Assembly: GCA_963828735.1 (NCBI GenBank)
Contig: CAWHFW010000005.1
Span: 1,120,001-1,184,000, forward strand
From: an uncultured Gemmatimonadales bacterium
GTDB taxonomy: Bacteria; Gemmatimonadota; Gemmatimonadetes; Gemmatimonadales; GWC2-71-9
DNA: 64,000 nucleotides
Direction: 5' to 3'
Numbering within the stretch: position 1 is the stretch's first letter; each line of letters begins with the position of its first letter. Position numbers and translations under genes: made by a program. The notes beneath the pieces were generated by a model, which ran no database searches, was not told where the DNA came from, and saw only the letters and a program-made list of their open reading frames with translations. Positions 48,095 through 57,951 of this stretch are shown here, piece by piece.

Positions 48095-50002
48095 TTGCGC
48101 CTGCTCAGTCGGTACCTCCTCCGTCAGCTCATCGCCCCGTTCCTCTTCGGACTCGCGGCCCTGACCAGCCTCATGCTCCTGAGCCAGATCGCCAAGAAGT
48201 TCGGCGCGCTGGTGGGGAAGGGACTCCCGTGGGGGGTTATCGCCGAGGTCTTCGCGCTCAGCCTACCGTTCATCGTGGCCATGACGCTGCCGATGGCGGT
48301 GCTGCTGGCCGTCCTGTACGCCTTCAGCCATCTGGCCGCCGACAACGAGATCACCGCCATGCGGGCGAGCGGGATCAGCGTCTATCAGCTCCTCACTCCC
48401 GTGCTGGCGTGGGGTGTCCTGATGTCGGCGCTCAACTTCGCCTTCGTAGACCAGGTCCTGCCCCGGACCAATGCCCGCCTCCGCGGCCTCCTGATCGACA
48501 TCGGCCGGAAGAAACCCACCCTGGAGCTGCGCGAGCAGGTCATCAACGAGGTTCCCCCGTCCCAGTATTTCCTGCGGGCCAGCCGGATCGACGCGGCCAC
48601 GGGCCGGCTCAAGGACATCACGATCTACGACATGGGCGGGGAGAGCAACCGGCGGATCATCTATGCCGACAGCGGCCGGATGGCCTATAACGAGGGCCGC
48701 ACCGACCTCAACCTCCGCCTGTTCGACGGCAGCATCCACCAATACCGCCCCAGCGACCCGCTCACGTTCCAGCTGACGTACTACCGGGTCAACGACATCC
48801 GGGTGAAGGACGTCTATGACGAGCTGGTGCGGAACAGCTCCGAGAACGTACGAGGCGACCGCGAGATGAGCACCTGCGAGATGCTCTCGGTAATTCAGGA
48901 TGCTCGCGCGGACGAACGAAACGCCGTGCGCGACCGGGAAGAACTGTTGCGATCCGACCTGCGGGCGTTGCTGCACCTGCCTTCGATGGGCGTACGGGCG
49001 GCCGACACGACGTCCCACCGTCTGCCGGCGTACTGCAGGTGGATAGACCGGGCGCAGATGGCTCTCACCAAGACGGCCGAGCCCGAGACTCCCGCACAGC
49101 CGGACGGGCACCTCGCTCGGCAGGGGGCCAGAGTGACCCCGGAACCAGCGCCGGCGTCAGGCCTGAGGCCGCCGGCCGCCCGGGCACCGGGGTCCAAGCC
49201 GCCCGTTTCGACGTTGCCGGGCGCCAAGCCGGGTGGCTCGCCGGCCCCCGGCGCGCCCGCCGCGAACCTGTCAGCGGCGAATGCCGAGGCGCCGCCGCCT
49301 TCGCCACCCGGTGTGCCGGCCGCGAGGCCGAAGCCCACCCGGCCGCCGGCAACGGCTGCCGCGAGAGTGAAACCCGGAGGCGTGCAGGCTCCGTCCAAGT
49401 TGCCGCCCTCGAAGCTGCCACCCGGGAGCCAGGCCAAGCCGCCGGCCGTGCCCCGACAGGGCGCTGCGCGAGCCGACGAGCGCGCCCGCCAGTTGGGGCC
49501 GCCCCAGGCGCCACCGCCGCTCAACTTTCCCAAGCCGGTGTTCGCTCGCCCGCAGATCTCCAACTGGGCCCAGGTAGCCACGGCCGCGGACCGCGAGACG
49601 GAAGCGGATCGCCGGGCGGACCGCTACGAGGTCGAGGTCCACAAGAAGTGGTCGATCAGCTTCGCCTGCATTTCGTTCGTGATCATCGGGATCGTGATGG
49701 CCCTCCGGTTCCCGCGCGGCGGCATCGGCCTCGTCATCGGCGGTGGCCTGTTGATCTTCTCCGTGCACTACGTCGGCCTCACGGCCGGCGAGAGCCTCGC
49801 CGACCGCGGGTTCGTGTCGCCATGGGAAGCGATGTGGGCGCCGAACATCCTGCTCACCGTCGTCGGCATCATCGGCATGTTCCGCGTGAGTCGCGAGTCC
49901 GGCTCCACGCGCGGCGGCGACTTCCAGGAGATCATGGACGGCATCCGCCACCTCTTCCGCCGGCTCCGCCGCCGCGGCGCCTCGCCGGCCGAGGCGCCAT
50001 GA
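48095..50002 (+). CDS. lptF: LPS export permease LptF with a Pro/Ala-rich insertion
   Basis: TTG start, RLLSRYLLRQ; TLPMAVLLAVL...LAADNEITAMRASGIS; VEVHKK; MWAPN. Confidence 0.85.
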   Translation: MRLLSRYLLRQLIAPFLFGLAALTSLMLLSQIAKKFGALVGKGLPWGVIAEVFALSLPFIVAMTLPMAVLLAVLYAFSHLAADNEITAMRASGISVYQLLTPVLAWGVLMSALNFAFVDQVLPRTNARLRGLLIDIGRKKPTLELREQVINEVPPSQYFLRASRIDAATGRLKDITIYDMGGESNRRIIYADSGRMAYNEGRTDLNLRLFDGSIHQYRPSDPLTFQLTYYRVNDIRVKDVYDELVRNSSENVRGDREMSTCEMLSVIQDARADERNAVRDREELLRSDLRALLHLPSMGVRAADTTSHRLPAYCRWIDRAQMALTKTAEPETPAQPDGHLARQGARVTPEPAPASGLRPPAARAPGSKPPVSTLPGAKPGGSPAPGAPAANLSAANAEAPPPSPPGVPAARPKPTRPPATAAARVKPGGVQAPSKLPPSKLPPGSQAKPPAVPRQGAARADERARQLGPPQAPPPLNFPKPVFARPQISNWAQVATAADRETEADRRADRYEVEVHKKWSISFACISFVIIGIVMALRFPRGGIGLVIGGGLLIFSVHYVGLTAGESLADRGFVSPWEAMWAPNILLTVVGIIGMFRVSRESGSTRGGDFQEIMDGIRHLFRRLRRRGASPAEAP

Positions 50003-51078
50003 GCCTGACGCGCACGCTGGACCGCTACGTGTTCGGCAGCTGGTTCAGGATCTTCATCCTGACCGCGCTCGGCTTCCCGCTGGTGTCCATCCTGATCAAC
50101 CTGACGGACACGCTGAACAAGCTGCTGGATCGCGGGCTCAGCACCCGCGACATCGTGGTGAGCTACATCTACTCCATTCCGGAGAACGCCTTCATCGTCA
50201 TGCCGGCGGCCGTGCTGTTCGCGACCGTGTTCACCGTCGGCGCGATGGGGCGGCATTCGGAGCTCACCGCGGCGAAGGCCGGCGGCCTCAGCTTCTACCG
50301 GGTGATGCTGCCGATCTTCATTGCAGCGGCGCTCGCCACCGTGCTGGCGTTCGTCGTCGGCGAGATGGCCCCCGGCGCCACGGCGCACGAGCTCATGCTG
50401 CAGAAGGCCAAGCCGCCGCGCTCCACCAGCTCGAGGTACAACTTCGTGTACCGCGGTGACGCGGGCTGGATCTACACGGTTCGTTCGCTCGAGGTGGGCT
50501 CGCGGCAGCTCAAGGGGCTGATGCTCGAACGCCAGGGCAACGGGGTCAGCTATCCCGGCCTCATCATCACCGCGGACAGCGCGAGCTACGCGCGCCGGGG
50601 GTGGCGGCTCCGGAACGGGACGAGCCGGGTGATCGTCGGGCCCAACCAGCAGGTGAGCTTCGCCTTCAAGACCATGAAGCTTCGCGCGCTGACGCAGGCG
50701 CCGGCCGATCTGCTCGCGGAGTCGAAGGCGCCCGACGAGATGCGGTACGCGGAGCTGGGACGATACATCGACGGCCTCAAGCGGTCCGGCAACGACGCCA
50801 ACAAGCTGATCGTGGAGCAGGCGCTGAAGGTGGCCCTCCCCGTTACCTGCTTCATCATCGCGCTGTTCGGCGCCCCCCTCGCCGTGCAGGCTCCGCGTGC
50901 CGGAGCGGCGGTCGGCATCGCGATCAGCCTGGGCACGACCGTGATGTTCCTGCTCATCACCCAGATCATGAAGGCCGTGGGTTCCGGCGGCTTGATCGAC
51001 CCGACGGTCGCCGCATGGCTGCCGAACATGGTGTTCCTGTTGGCGGGCCTGCTGCTGATGGCGCGGGTGCGGACGTAG
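49999..51078 (+). CDS. lptG: LPS export permease LptG
   Basis: TLDRYV, HSELTAAKAGGLSF, PDEMRYAEL, AAWLPN; ATGA-coupled to lptF. Confidence 0.85.
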   Translation: MSLTRTLDRYVFGSWFRIFILTALGFPLVSILINLTDTLNKLLDRGLSTRDIVVSYIYSIPENAFIVMPAAVLFATVFTVGAMGRHSELTAAKAGGLSFYRVMLPIFIAAALATVLAFVVGEMAPGATAHELMLQKAKPPRSTSSRYNFVYRGDAGWIYTVRSLEVGSRQLKGLMLERQGNGVSYPGLIITADSASYARRGWRLRNGTSRVIVGPNQQVSFAFKTMKLRALTQAPADLLAESKAPDEMRYAELGRYIDGLKRSGNDANKLIVEQALKVALPVTCFIIALFGAPLAVQAPRAGAAVGIAISLGTTVMFLLITQIMKAVGSGGLIDPTVAAWLPNMVFLLAGLLLMARVRT

Positions 51079-51181
51079 CGGGCTGACTCGATCAGGTCGC
51101 CCGTCGCGCGGAGTTTCACTTCCACCCTTGCCGATCGCCCGAGCGTCCGACCGTCCGTCCCGCGCCCGCTATATTTCCCCC

Positions 51182-52681
51182 ATGACCCCACCTCGCCCCG
51201 TGATCGTCGGAACGGGCATCGCCGGCCTGTGGACGGCCTGGCGGCTCGCCTCCGAAGGACAGGCGGCGATTCTCCTCACCAAGGAAACCCTCGCGGATAG
51301 CGCCAGCGCCTGGGCCCAGGGCGGCATCGCCGTGGCCCTCGGCCCGGGCGACAGCCCGAGCCAGCACGCGGCCGACACCTTGGCGGCCAGCGACGGCCTG
51401 GCCGACCCCGAGGCGGTTCGTATCCTCACAAGTGAAGGCCCTGACAGGATTTACGAGCTCCTTGCACTGGGGGCGCGCTTCGACCGCGGCGCCGACGGTC
51501 GGCTCGGGTTCGGGCTCGAGGCGGCCCATACTCGGCCTCGAATCATTCACGCCGGCGGCGACCGGACTGGCGCCGTACTCATCGGCTGCCTCGCGCAGGT
51601 CGTTCGGCAGCACCCGCTGGTCGAGCTGCTCGAGCATACCGAGGTCACCAGGCTGCTGGTGGACGACGGGCGCGCCGTCGGCGTCATGGCACTCCCGCAC
51701 GGCAGCGCCAGCGCACCGATCCTCGCTTCCGCGGTGGTGCTGGCCACGGGCGGCGTGGGCCAGTTGTACGCCGTGACGACGAATCCCAAGGTGGCGACGG
51801 CCGACGGCTGGGCCCTCGCCCATCGGGCCGGCGCCCGGCTGCGTGACCTCGAGTTCCTGCAGTTCCACCCGACCGCGCTCAAGCTGCCCGGGGTGAACCC
51901 CGCGCCCCTCATCTCGGAGGCGGTGCGCGGTGCGGGGGCCGTCCTCGTGGACCGCGAGGGGCGACGTTTTGCGCTCGACGCGGACCCGCGCGCCGAGCTG
52001 GCGCCCCGTGACGTGCTGGCACGCGCGGTGGCCTCCGCCGACGCCGCGGGGGGCGCGTGGCTCGACGCCCGACAGGTCGCGGACTTCCCGGTCCGATTCC
52101 CGGGCATCACGGCGATGCTCGCTCGCCACCGGCTCGACCCGGCCCGGGATCTCCTGCCGGTGGCGCCCGCGCTTCACTACGCCATGGGCGGCATCCAGAC
52201 CGACCTGGAGGGGCGGGCGAGCCTTCCCGGACTCTGGGCCGTGGGCGAGGTCGCGTCCACGGGCGTGCACGGCGCCAACCGGCTCGCGTCCAACTCGCTG
52301 CTCGAAGGACTCGTGTTCGCCGATCGCACCGGGCGCTCGGTGGCGTCCACCCCGCCCAGCCTCCCGTCGGCGCTGCCGGCCGAGGCAACCGCGTCGACTC
52401 GCGACACCGGCGAGGACGAGCGCTGTGAGCCGATCCGCGTCCGGATGCGCGAGACCATGACCGCCGATGTCGGCGTCCAGCGAACCGAGGCCTCCCTGCT
52501 CCACGCCGAGGGGGAGCTCGACCGGTTGAGCCGGGAAGCCCCGGCGGGCGCCTGGCGCACGCACAACCAGCTGCTGGTCGCCGGGCTCATCACCGAAGCC
52601 GCGCGCCGTCGCCGCGAGAGCCGTGGCGGGCACCGCAGAGCCGACTACCCGCCTGCCGCCTTCACGCGAGAGACGGCATGA
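51182..52681 (+). CDS. nadB: L-aspartate oxidase
   Basis: VGTGIAGL, SAWAQGGIA, EFLQFHPT, SEAVRG, ELAPRD, GVHGANRLASNSLLE, ESRGGH. Confidence 0.95.
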   Translation: MTPPRPVIVGTGIAGLWTAWRLASEGQAAILLTKETLADSASAWAQGGIAVALGPGDSPSQHAADTLAASDGLADPEAVRILTSEGPDRIYELLALGARFDRGADGRLGFGLEAAHTRPRIIHAGGDRTGAVLIGCLAQVVRQHPLVELLEHTEVTRLLVDDGRAVGVMALPHGSASAPILASAVVLATGGVGQLYAVTTNPKVATADGWALAHRAGARLRDLEFLQFHPTALKLPGVNPAPLISEAVRGAGAVLVDREGRRFALDADPRAELAPRDVLARAVASADAAGGAWLDARQVADFPVRFPGITAMLARHRLDPARDLLPVAPALHYAMGGIQTDLEGRASLPGLWAVGEVASTGVHGANRLASNSLLEGLVFADRTGRSVASTPPSLPSALPAEATASTRDTGEDERCEPIRVRMRETMTADVGVQRTEASLLHAEGELDRLSREAPAGAWRTHNQLLVAGLITEAARRRRESRGGHRRADYPPAAFTRETA

Positions 52682-53673
52682 CCCTGTCCCTCCCGGTCAT
52701 CGAGCGCCTCGACGAATCCCCGGAAGAGATCGCGGCGCTGCAGGCCGAGATCCGGGCGTTGGCCAGGCGTCGCAACGCTGTCGTGCTCGCCCACAACTAT
52801 CAGCGTCCCGAGGTGCAGGACGTCGCCGATTACGTGGGCGACTCCCTCGGCCTGTCGCGCCAGGCGGCACAGACGCCGGCGCAGGTGATCATCTTCGCCG
52901 GCGTGCACTTCATGGCGGAGACGGCGGCGATCCTCTCGCCGGCCAAGCGCGTGCTCCTGCCGGACCTCAAGGCCGGGTGCTCGCTCGCGGCGACGATCAC
53001 CGCGGAAGATGTGCGAAAGTGGAAGGCCGAATTTCCCGGCTACATCGCCGTCGGTTACGTGAACACCACCGCCGAGGTGAAGGCCGAGCTCGACTACTGT
53101 TGCACCAGCGGCAACGTGCTCGATGTGATCGATGCGATCCCGGAGGACAAGGGCATTCTGTTCCTGCCCGATTTCTTCCTCGGCGCCCACGTCCGCCGCA
53201 TGCGTCCACACCGCCGGGTCGAGGTGTGGATGGGCGAGTGTCATGTGCACAAGGGAATTCGCGCCGAGACGCTGAATGCGGCGCGGGAGGAGTTCCCCGA
53301 CGCCGAGGTGCTGGTGCATCCGGAGTGCGGCTGCGCTGGCCAGCTGATCTACGAGATGGGCCGGGGCGACATCAAGCCGGAAGGACTGCACATCGCCTCG
53401 ACCGAGGGCATGATCCGCGCCGTCCGCGAGCGGCCGGCCAACCGGTTTATCGTCGCCACCGAGACCGGAATCATGCACCGGATGAAGCAAATGGCGCCCG
53501 AGAAGGAGTTCATCGCGGCCGACCCCGAGGCCGAGTGCGCCTTCATGAAGACGATTACCCTCCCCAACGTGCGCGACTCGCTCGCGCTCGATCGCTACCA
53601 CATCACGGTGCCGGCCGACATCGCGGCCCGTGCCCGGGGCGCCATCGACCGCATGGTCGCGCTGGGCAAGTGA
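52678..53673 (+). CDS. nadA: quinolinate synthase
   Basis: LAHNYQ, GDSL, GVHFMAETA, AGCSLA, CHVH, VHPEC, CAFMK. Confidence 0.96.
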   Translation: MTLSLPVIERLDESPEEIAALQAEIRALARRRNAVVLAHNYQRPEVQDVADYVGDSLGLSRQAAQTPAQVIIFAGVHFMAETAAILSPAKRVLLPDLKAGCSLAATITAEDVRKWKAEFPGYIAVGYVNTTAEVKAELDYCCTSGNVLDVIDAIPEDKGILFLPDFFLGAHVRRMRPHRRVEVWMGECHVHKGIRAETLNAAREEFPDAEVLVHPECGCAGQLIYEMGRGDIKPEGLHIASTEGMIRAVRERPANRFIVATETGIMHRMKQMAPEKEFIAADPEAECAFMKTITLPNVRDSLALDRYHITVPADIAARARGAIDRMVALGK

Positions 53674-54512
53674 GCGCGGACGCGGCCCGCATCGCCGCCC
53701 TCGCGCTGGCCGAGGACGGCGAAACGGACGTCACCACCGCCGTCACCGTTCCCTCCGGCGTCGACGCCGAAGGGATCATCGAGTTCCGGAGTGGCGGCGT
53801 GCTGGCCGGCGCGGCCTACGCGGACGCCGTCGCGCGCGCGTGCGAGTGCCGGATCGAGTGGCGCGCGCCGGACGGGCGCCTCGTCCGCCCGGGCACCCTC
53901 GTGGGCGTTCTTCACGGGCCGCTCGCGCGGATCCTGCGCGCCGAGCGGCCGTTGCTCAACCTCCTTCAGCGCGCCTGCGGCATCGCGACCGCGACCCGCG
54001 CCTACGTGGATGCGGTCGCCGGAACCGGTTGCCGCGTCCTCCACACCCGGAAAACGGCCCCCGGGCTCCGAGCGCTGGACATCGCCGCGGTCCTGGCCGG
54101 TGGCGGGGCGGCGCACCGCGCGGACCTGAGCCACGCGGTGATGGTGAAGGACAACCACTGGCAGGCGGTCGTGCGGGACGGTGGCAGCCTCGCCGGAGCA
54201 CTCCAGGAGGCTCAGCGGCGAGGGGTGACCGCGCTATACGTCGAGGTCGAGTCGCCGGAACAGCTCGAGCAGGCCTGCGCGGCGGGCGCGACGCGGCTCC
54301 TGGTGGACAACCAGACACCGGAGACGGTGGCGGCCTGGGGCCGCCGCGCGCGAGAACTGCGGCCGGGCATCGAGATCGAGGCGACCGGCGGCATCACCCT
54401 GGAGAACGTGCGCGCGTACGCGGAGGCGGGAGCCGACTTCGTGTCGATCGGCGCGTTGACCCACAGTGTCCGGGCAGCGGACCTGGCGGTCGAGGTGCGA
54501 GTGGTCGGATAG
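53670..54512 (+). CDS. nadC: nicotinate-nucleotide pyrophosphorylase
   Basis: GTG overlapping the nadA stop; ALAED..DVTT, TRKTAPG, HR, VKDNH, EVES, EATGGIT, SIGALTHS. Confidence 0.95.
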   Translation: MSADAARIAALALAEDGETDVTTAVTVPSGVDAEGIIEFRSGGVLAGAAYADAVARACECRIEWRAPDGRLVRPGTLVGVLHGPLARILRAERPLLNLLQRACGIATATRAYVDAVAGTGCRVLHTRKTAPGLRALDIAAVLAGGGAAHRADLSHAVMVKDNHWQAVVRDGGSLAGALQEAQRRGVTALYVEVESPEQLEQACAAGATRLLVDNQTPETVAAWGRRARELRPGIEIEATGGITLENVRAYAEAGADFVSIGALTHSVRAADLAVEVRVVG

Positions 54513-54534
54513 GGAGATTGATGGCGACGGGCGG

Positions 54535-55905
54535 CTAGTCCGTCGCGGCCTCCTCCACCGCCGTCCCGAGCGCGCGTCCACCCCACGTCCGCCAGCCGTA
54601 GTACACGGGAATCCCCGCCAGAATGATTGCGAACGTGATCCCCGTGTTCACGGGGTCGGTCCAGAGCGCGTTCAGCACCATCGCCACCGAGGCCACCAGG
54701 AACAGCAGCGGCACCACCGGATATCCCCAAGTCCGGTACGGGCGCGGCAGGTCGGGACGAGTACGCCGCAGGACGAACACGGCCGCGACGGCGAGCGCGT
54801 AAAAGGGCCAGATCCCCAGGATGAACTTGTCCGCCAGCTGCTGGAAGTCGTTGAACAGGACGTACAGCATGCCGAGCGCCGTCGCCAGCCAGATCGCCAC
54901 CGAGGGGCTCTGGAACCGGGGCGACACACGAGCGATGGCCCGGAAGAACAGGCCGCGGTCCGCCATGGCGAAGAAGATCCTCGGGCCCGTGATCATCGAG
55001 CCGGCCAAGGCGCCGAAGCAGGATAGCATGACGATGGCGGACACGACGCTGCCGCCCGCGCCGCCGAACAGCGGAATCCGGTCCGCGGCGGTGGCCGCGA
55101 TCAGCCTGGCGCCCGCCATCTCCGGGAGCGGCACCAGGTAGATGTACGCCAGATTGAGCAGGAGGTAGACGAGGACGATTCCCGTGGTGCCCAGGATCAG
55201 CGCCAGTGGCAGCGTCCTCGCCGGGTCCTTCACCTCGCCGCCGACGAACGACAGGTCGGCCCAGCCATCGTAGGTCCACATGATCGCGATCAACGACGTT
55301 CCCATCAACGACAGGTCGAGACCTCGCGGCCACGCCGGCGTGAAGTGCGAGGCGCTGCCGGAGCCCGCCGTGAACGCCAGCAGCCCGAGCGCGGCCAATG
55401 CACCGTACTTGGCGACCGTCGTCAGGTTCACCAGCACCGCCGCGCTGTTCACACCGAGATAGTTGACCGTCCCGACGAACAGGATGGCGCCTGCGGCTAC
55501 CCACCGAACCTGCTCGGGCGTCAGGTGAATGAAGTAGCCCAGGTACTCCGCGAAGATCGTCGAGATGGCGCCGAGCGCGGAGGCGCGGATGACGGTGAGC
55601 TCGGTCCACCCGAAGAGGAACGCCGGGAGGGGCCCGAACCCCTCGAGGATGTAGGCGAACACGCCGCCCGACCTCGGAAGCGCGGCGGCCAGCTCGGCGT
55701 AGGTCAGCGCCCCGAACAGGGCTACCAGGCCGCCTACCACCCACGCCACCAGGACCGGTCCGGGGTCCTGGAGCCGCTCGGCGACGCCCGCTGGCACCCG
55801 GAAGATTCCGCTCCCGATCGTCGACCCCACCAGCACCGCGATTGCGCTGCCGAGACCCAGGTGTCTGGGGAGGCGCTCCCCCCAGGCGTCGCGTTGTGTG
55901 GACAT
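54535..55905 (-). CDS. APC-family amino acid permease
   Basis: GSTIGSGIF, AELAAALPRSGG, YDGW...GEVKDP, RPYRTWGYP. Confidence 0.92.
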   Translation of the reverse strand: MSTQRDAWGERLPRHLGLGSAIAVLVGSTIGSGIFRVPAGVAERLQDPGPVLVAWVVGGLVALFGALTYAELAAALPRSGGVFAYILEGFGPLPAFLFGWTELTVIRASALGAISTIFAEYLGYFIHLTPEQVRWVAAGAILFVGTVNYLGVNSAAVLVNLTTVAKYGALAALGLLAFTAGSGSASHFTPAWPRGLDLSLMGTSLIAIMWTYDGWADLSFVGGEVKDPARTLPLALILGTTGIVLVYLLLNLAYIYLVPLPEMAGARLIAATAADRIPLFGGAGGSVVSAIVMLSCFGALAGSMITGPRIFFAMADRGLFFRAIARVSPRFQSPSVAIWLATALGMLYVLFNDFQQLADKFILGIWPFYALAVAAVFVLRRTRPDLPRPYRTWGYPVVPLLFLVASVAMVLNALWTDPVNTGITFAIILAGIPVYYGWRTWGGRALGTAVEEAATD

Positions 55906-55958
55906 GGGCTAAATATAGCCTTGACAAGGCTCTGCCGTACGCGTTCTTTCCCGGCGAT

Positions 55959-57860
55959 ATGATGGAATCGACCCCCGACCGGGCGCGGACGCTCCGCCGG
56001 CTGGCTTGGACCGGCGCTACTTTCGCCCTGGGGCTTATCGTGCTCGGAGGGGTGGTCCGCATCACCGGCTCCGGCATGGGCTGCGGGGACCATTGGCCCC
56101 GCTGCGACGGTCACTGGTTCCCCCCGCTCGACCTCCCCACCGCCATCGAGATCAGCCACCGTTGGGTCGCCGCCCTGGTGAGCCTTCTGGTCCTCTCCGT
56201 GGCCCTCGTGGCCTGGTGGCGGCATCGGGACGTCGGCGCGCTCCGAACGCCCGCCACACTCGCGCTGGTCCTGCTGGTGGTGCAGGTGCTCCTCGGCGCC
56301 GTCACCGTGAAGCTGTCCCTCCCGCCGTGGGTGATCATCACGCACCTGGCCAACGCGATGATCCTGCTGGCCGTCCTGATGATCGTTGCGCTCCGGGCCG
56401 GCGCGTCCGAGGGACCGGCGGTTCCGCCGGGCGCGCGTCACGGGGCGCACGGACTGGTCATGGGCACGGCCGTCCTCGGCTTCACGGTGATCCTGTTCGG
56501 CGCTCAGGTAGCGAACTTCAACGCCGGCCTTCTATGTCTGGGCTTCCCGCTGTGCGACGGCGGGATTCGCCCGCCGGACAGTGCGCTCGCCACCCTGCAC
56601 TGGACGCACCGCGTTCTGGCCTTCGCGTTTCTCGGCCTGGTGGTCGTCATGGTGAGTCGGGTCAGCCGCCGGATCGATCCGGCCGGACGGAGGCTCCGGC
56701 AAGCCGCTGGGCTCGTGCTCGCCGCGACCGTGGTCCAGATCGGCGTCGCCGCCGCGATGGTTCTCAGCCTGCTGCCGCCGGGATTGCGGGCACTTCACCT
56801 GCTCGTGGGCAGTCTGGTGTGGGCCGCCCTCGTTCACCTCGTCTTCCGATCCGCGCGAACGCCGGCCGCCTCGCCGGCCGAGTCCGTGGCCGACGGGGAC
56901 CTGCGAGGGCCGTCGCTTCTCGCCGACCTGGTCACGCTCACCAAGCCGCGGATCATCTCGCTGCTCCTGGTGACCACAATCGCACCGATGTTCATCACGC
57001 CCGCGGGGCTCCCCACCTGGCGCCAGCTCCTGTGGGTGCTGGTGGGCGGTTACCTCATGGCCGGCGGAGCGAACGCGATCAACATGTGGTTCGACCGGGA
57101 CATCGACACCCGCATGTCGCGCACACGCCTGCGGCCGATTCCGTCGGGCCGCATCTCCGCCGGTTTCGGCCTGGCGTTCGGCGTGGCGTTGGGTCTCGCG
57201 GCCTTCGCGGTGTTCTGGTATCGGGTAAACGAGCTGAGCGCCTGGCTCGCGCTCGGCGGTCTGCTGTTCTACGTGCTCGTGTATACCGTATGGCTCAAAC
57301 GGACGAGCCCGCAGAACATCGTCATCGGCGGCGCGGCCGGCGCCTTCCCGCCGCTCGTGGGATGGGCGGCCATGACGGGCCGCATCGACCTGGCCGCCAT
57401 CTACCTGTTCGCCATCATCTTCTACTGGACGCCGCCCCATTTCTGGGCGCTCGCCCTCATCAAGCAGGCGGACTACGCCCGCGCCGGCATCCCCATGATG
57501 CCCGTCGTCCGCGGTGAGGCGAGAACCAAGTACGAGATGCTGGTCTACACGCTGATGCTCCTGCCGCTCACGGTCATGCCGACCCTGTTCGGCGCGCTCG
57601 GGACGTTCTATCTCGTGGCGGCCGTGCTCCTCGGGGGCCGGCTCCTGTGGTACTGCATCCGGCTGCTGCGCGAGCGCTCGGTGACGCCGGTAGCGTGGCA
57701 GATGTACCGCTACTCGCTTCTGTACCTCGCCCTCTTGTTCGCGGCGATGGGTATCGACCGGGCGCTCCCGTTCGGCAGGCCGCGCGCCGAGAAGGTGATC
57801 ATTCTCGGCGGGTCCGGCACCGAGGCGGTCATGCCGGTTGCCGCGCACATCCATCCCTGA
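55959..57860 (+). CDS. fused heme A synthase (CtaA/COX15) and heme O synthase (CtaB/CyoE)
   Basis: N-half GMGC..WPRC, EISHR, conserved His residues; C-half LTKPRI, NMWFDRDID..MSRTRLRP, GGAAGAFPP, WTPPHFWAL, DYARAGIPM. Confidence 0.92.
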   Translation: MMESTPDRARTLRRLAWTGATFALGLIVLGGVVRITGSGMGCGDHWPRCDGHWFPPLDLPTAIEISHRWVAALVSLLVLSVALVAWWRHRDVGALRTPATLALVLLVVQVLLGAVTVKLSLPPWVIITHLANAMILLAVLMIVALRAGASEGPAVPPGARHGAHGLVMGTAVLGFTVILFGAQVANFNAGLLCLGFPLCDGGIRPPDSALATLHWTHRVLAFAFLGLVVVMVSRVSRRIDPAGRRLRQAAGLVLAATVVQIGVAAAMVLSLLPPGLRALHLLVGSLVWAALVHLVFRSARTPAASPAESVADGDLRGPSLLADLVTLTKPRIISLLLVTTIAPMFITPAGLPTWRQLLWVLVGGYLMAGGANAINMWFDRDIDTRMSRTRLRPIPSGRISAGFGLAFGVALGLAAFAVFWYRVNELSAWLALGGLLFYVLVYTVWLKRTSPQNIVIGGAAGAFPPLVGWAAMTGRIDLAAIYLFAIIFYWTPPHFWALALIKQADYARAGIPMMPVVRGEARTKYEMLVYTLMLLPLTVMPTLFGALGTFYLVAAVLLGGRLLWYCIRLLRERSVTPVAWQMYRYSLLYLALLFAAMGIDRALPFGRPRAEKVIILGGSGTEAVMPVAAHIHP

Positions 57861-57951
57861 TTGCAGGTCACCCTGAGCGAGTCATGCCGCCTTCGCTGTC
57901 GCTCGGGTGACTCGAGCCCGCGGCGCCCCTCGGCGCCGCTCCGCCCCGATC

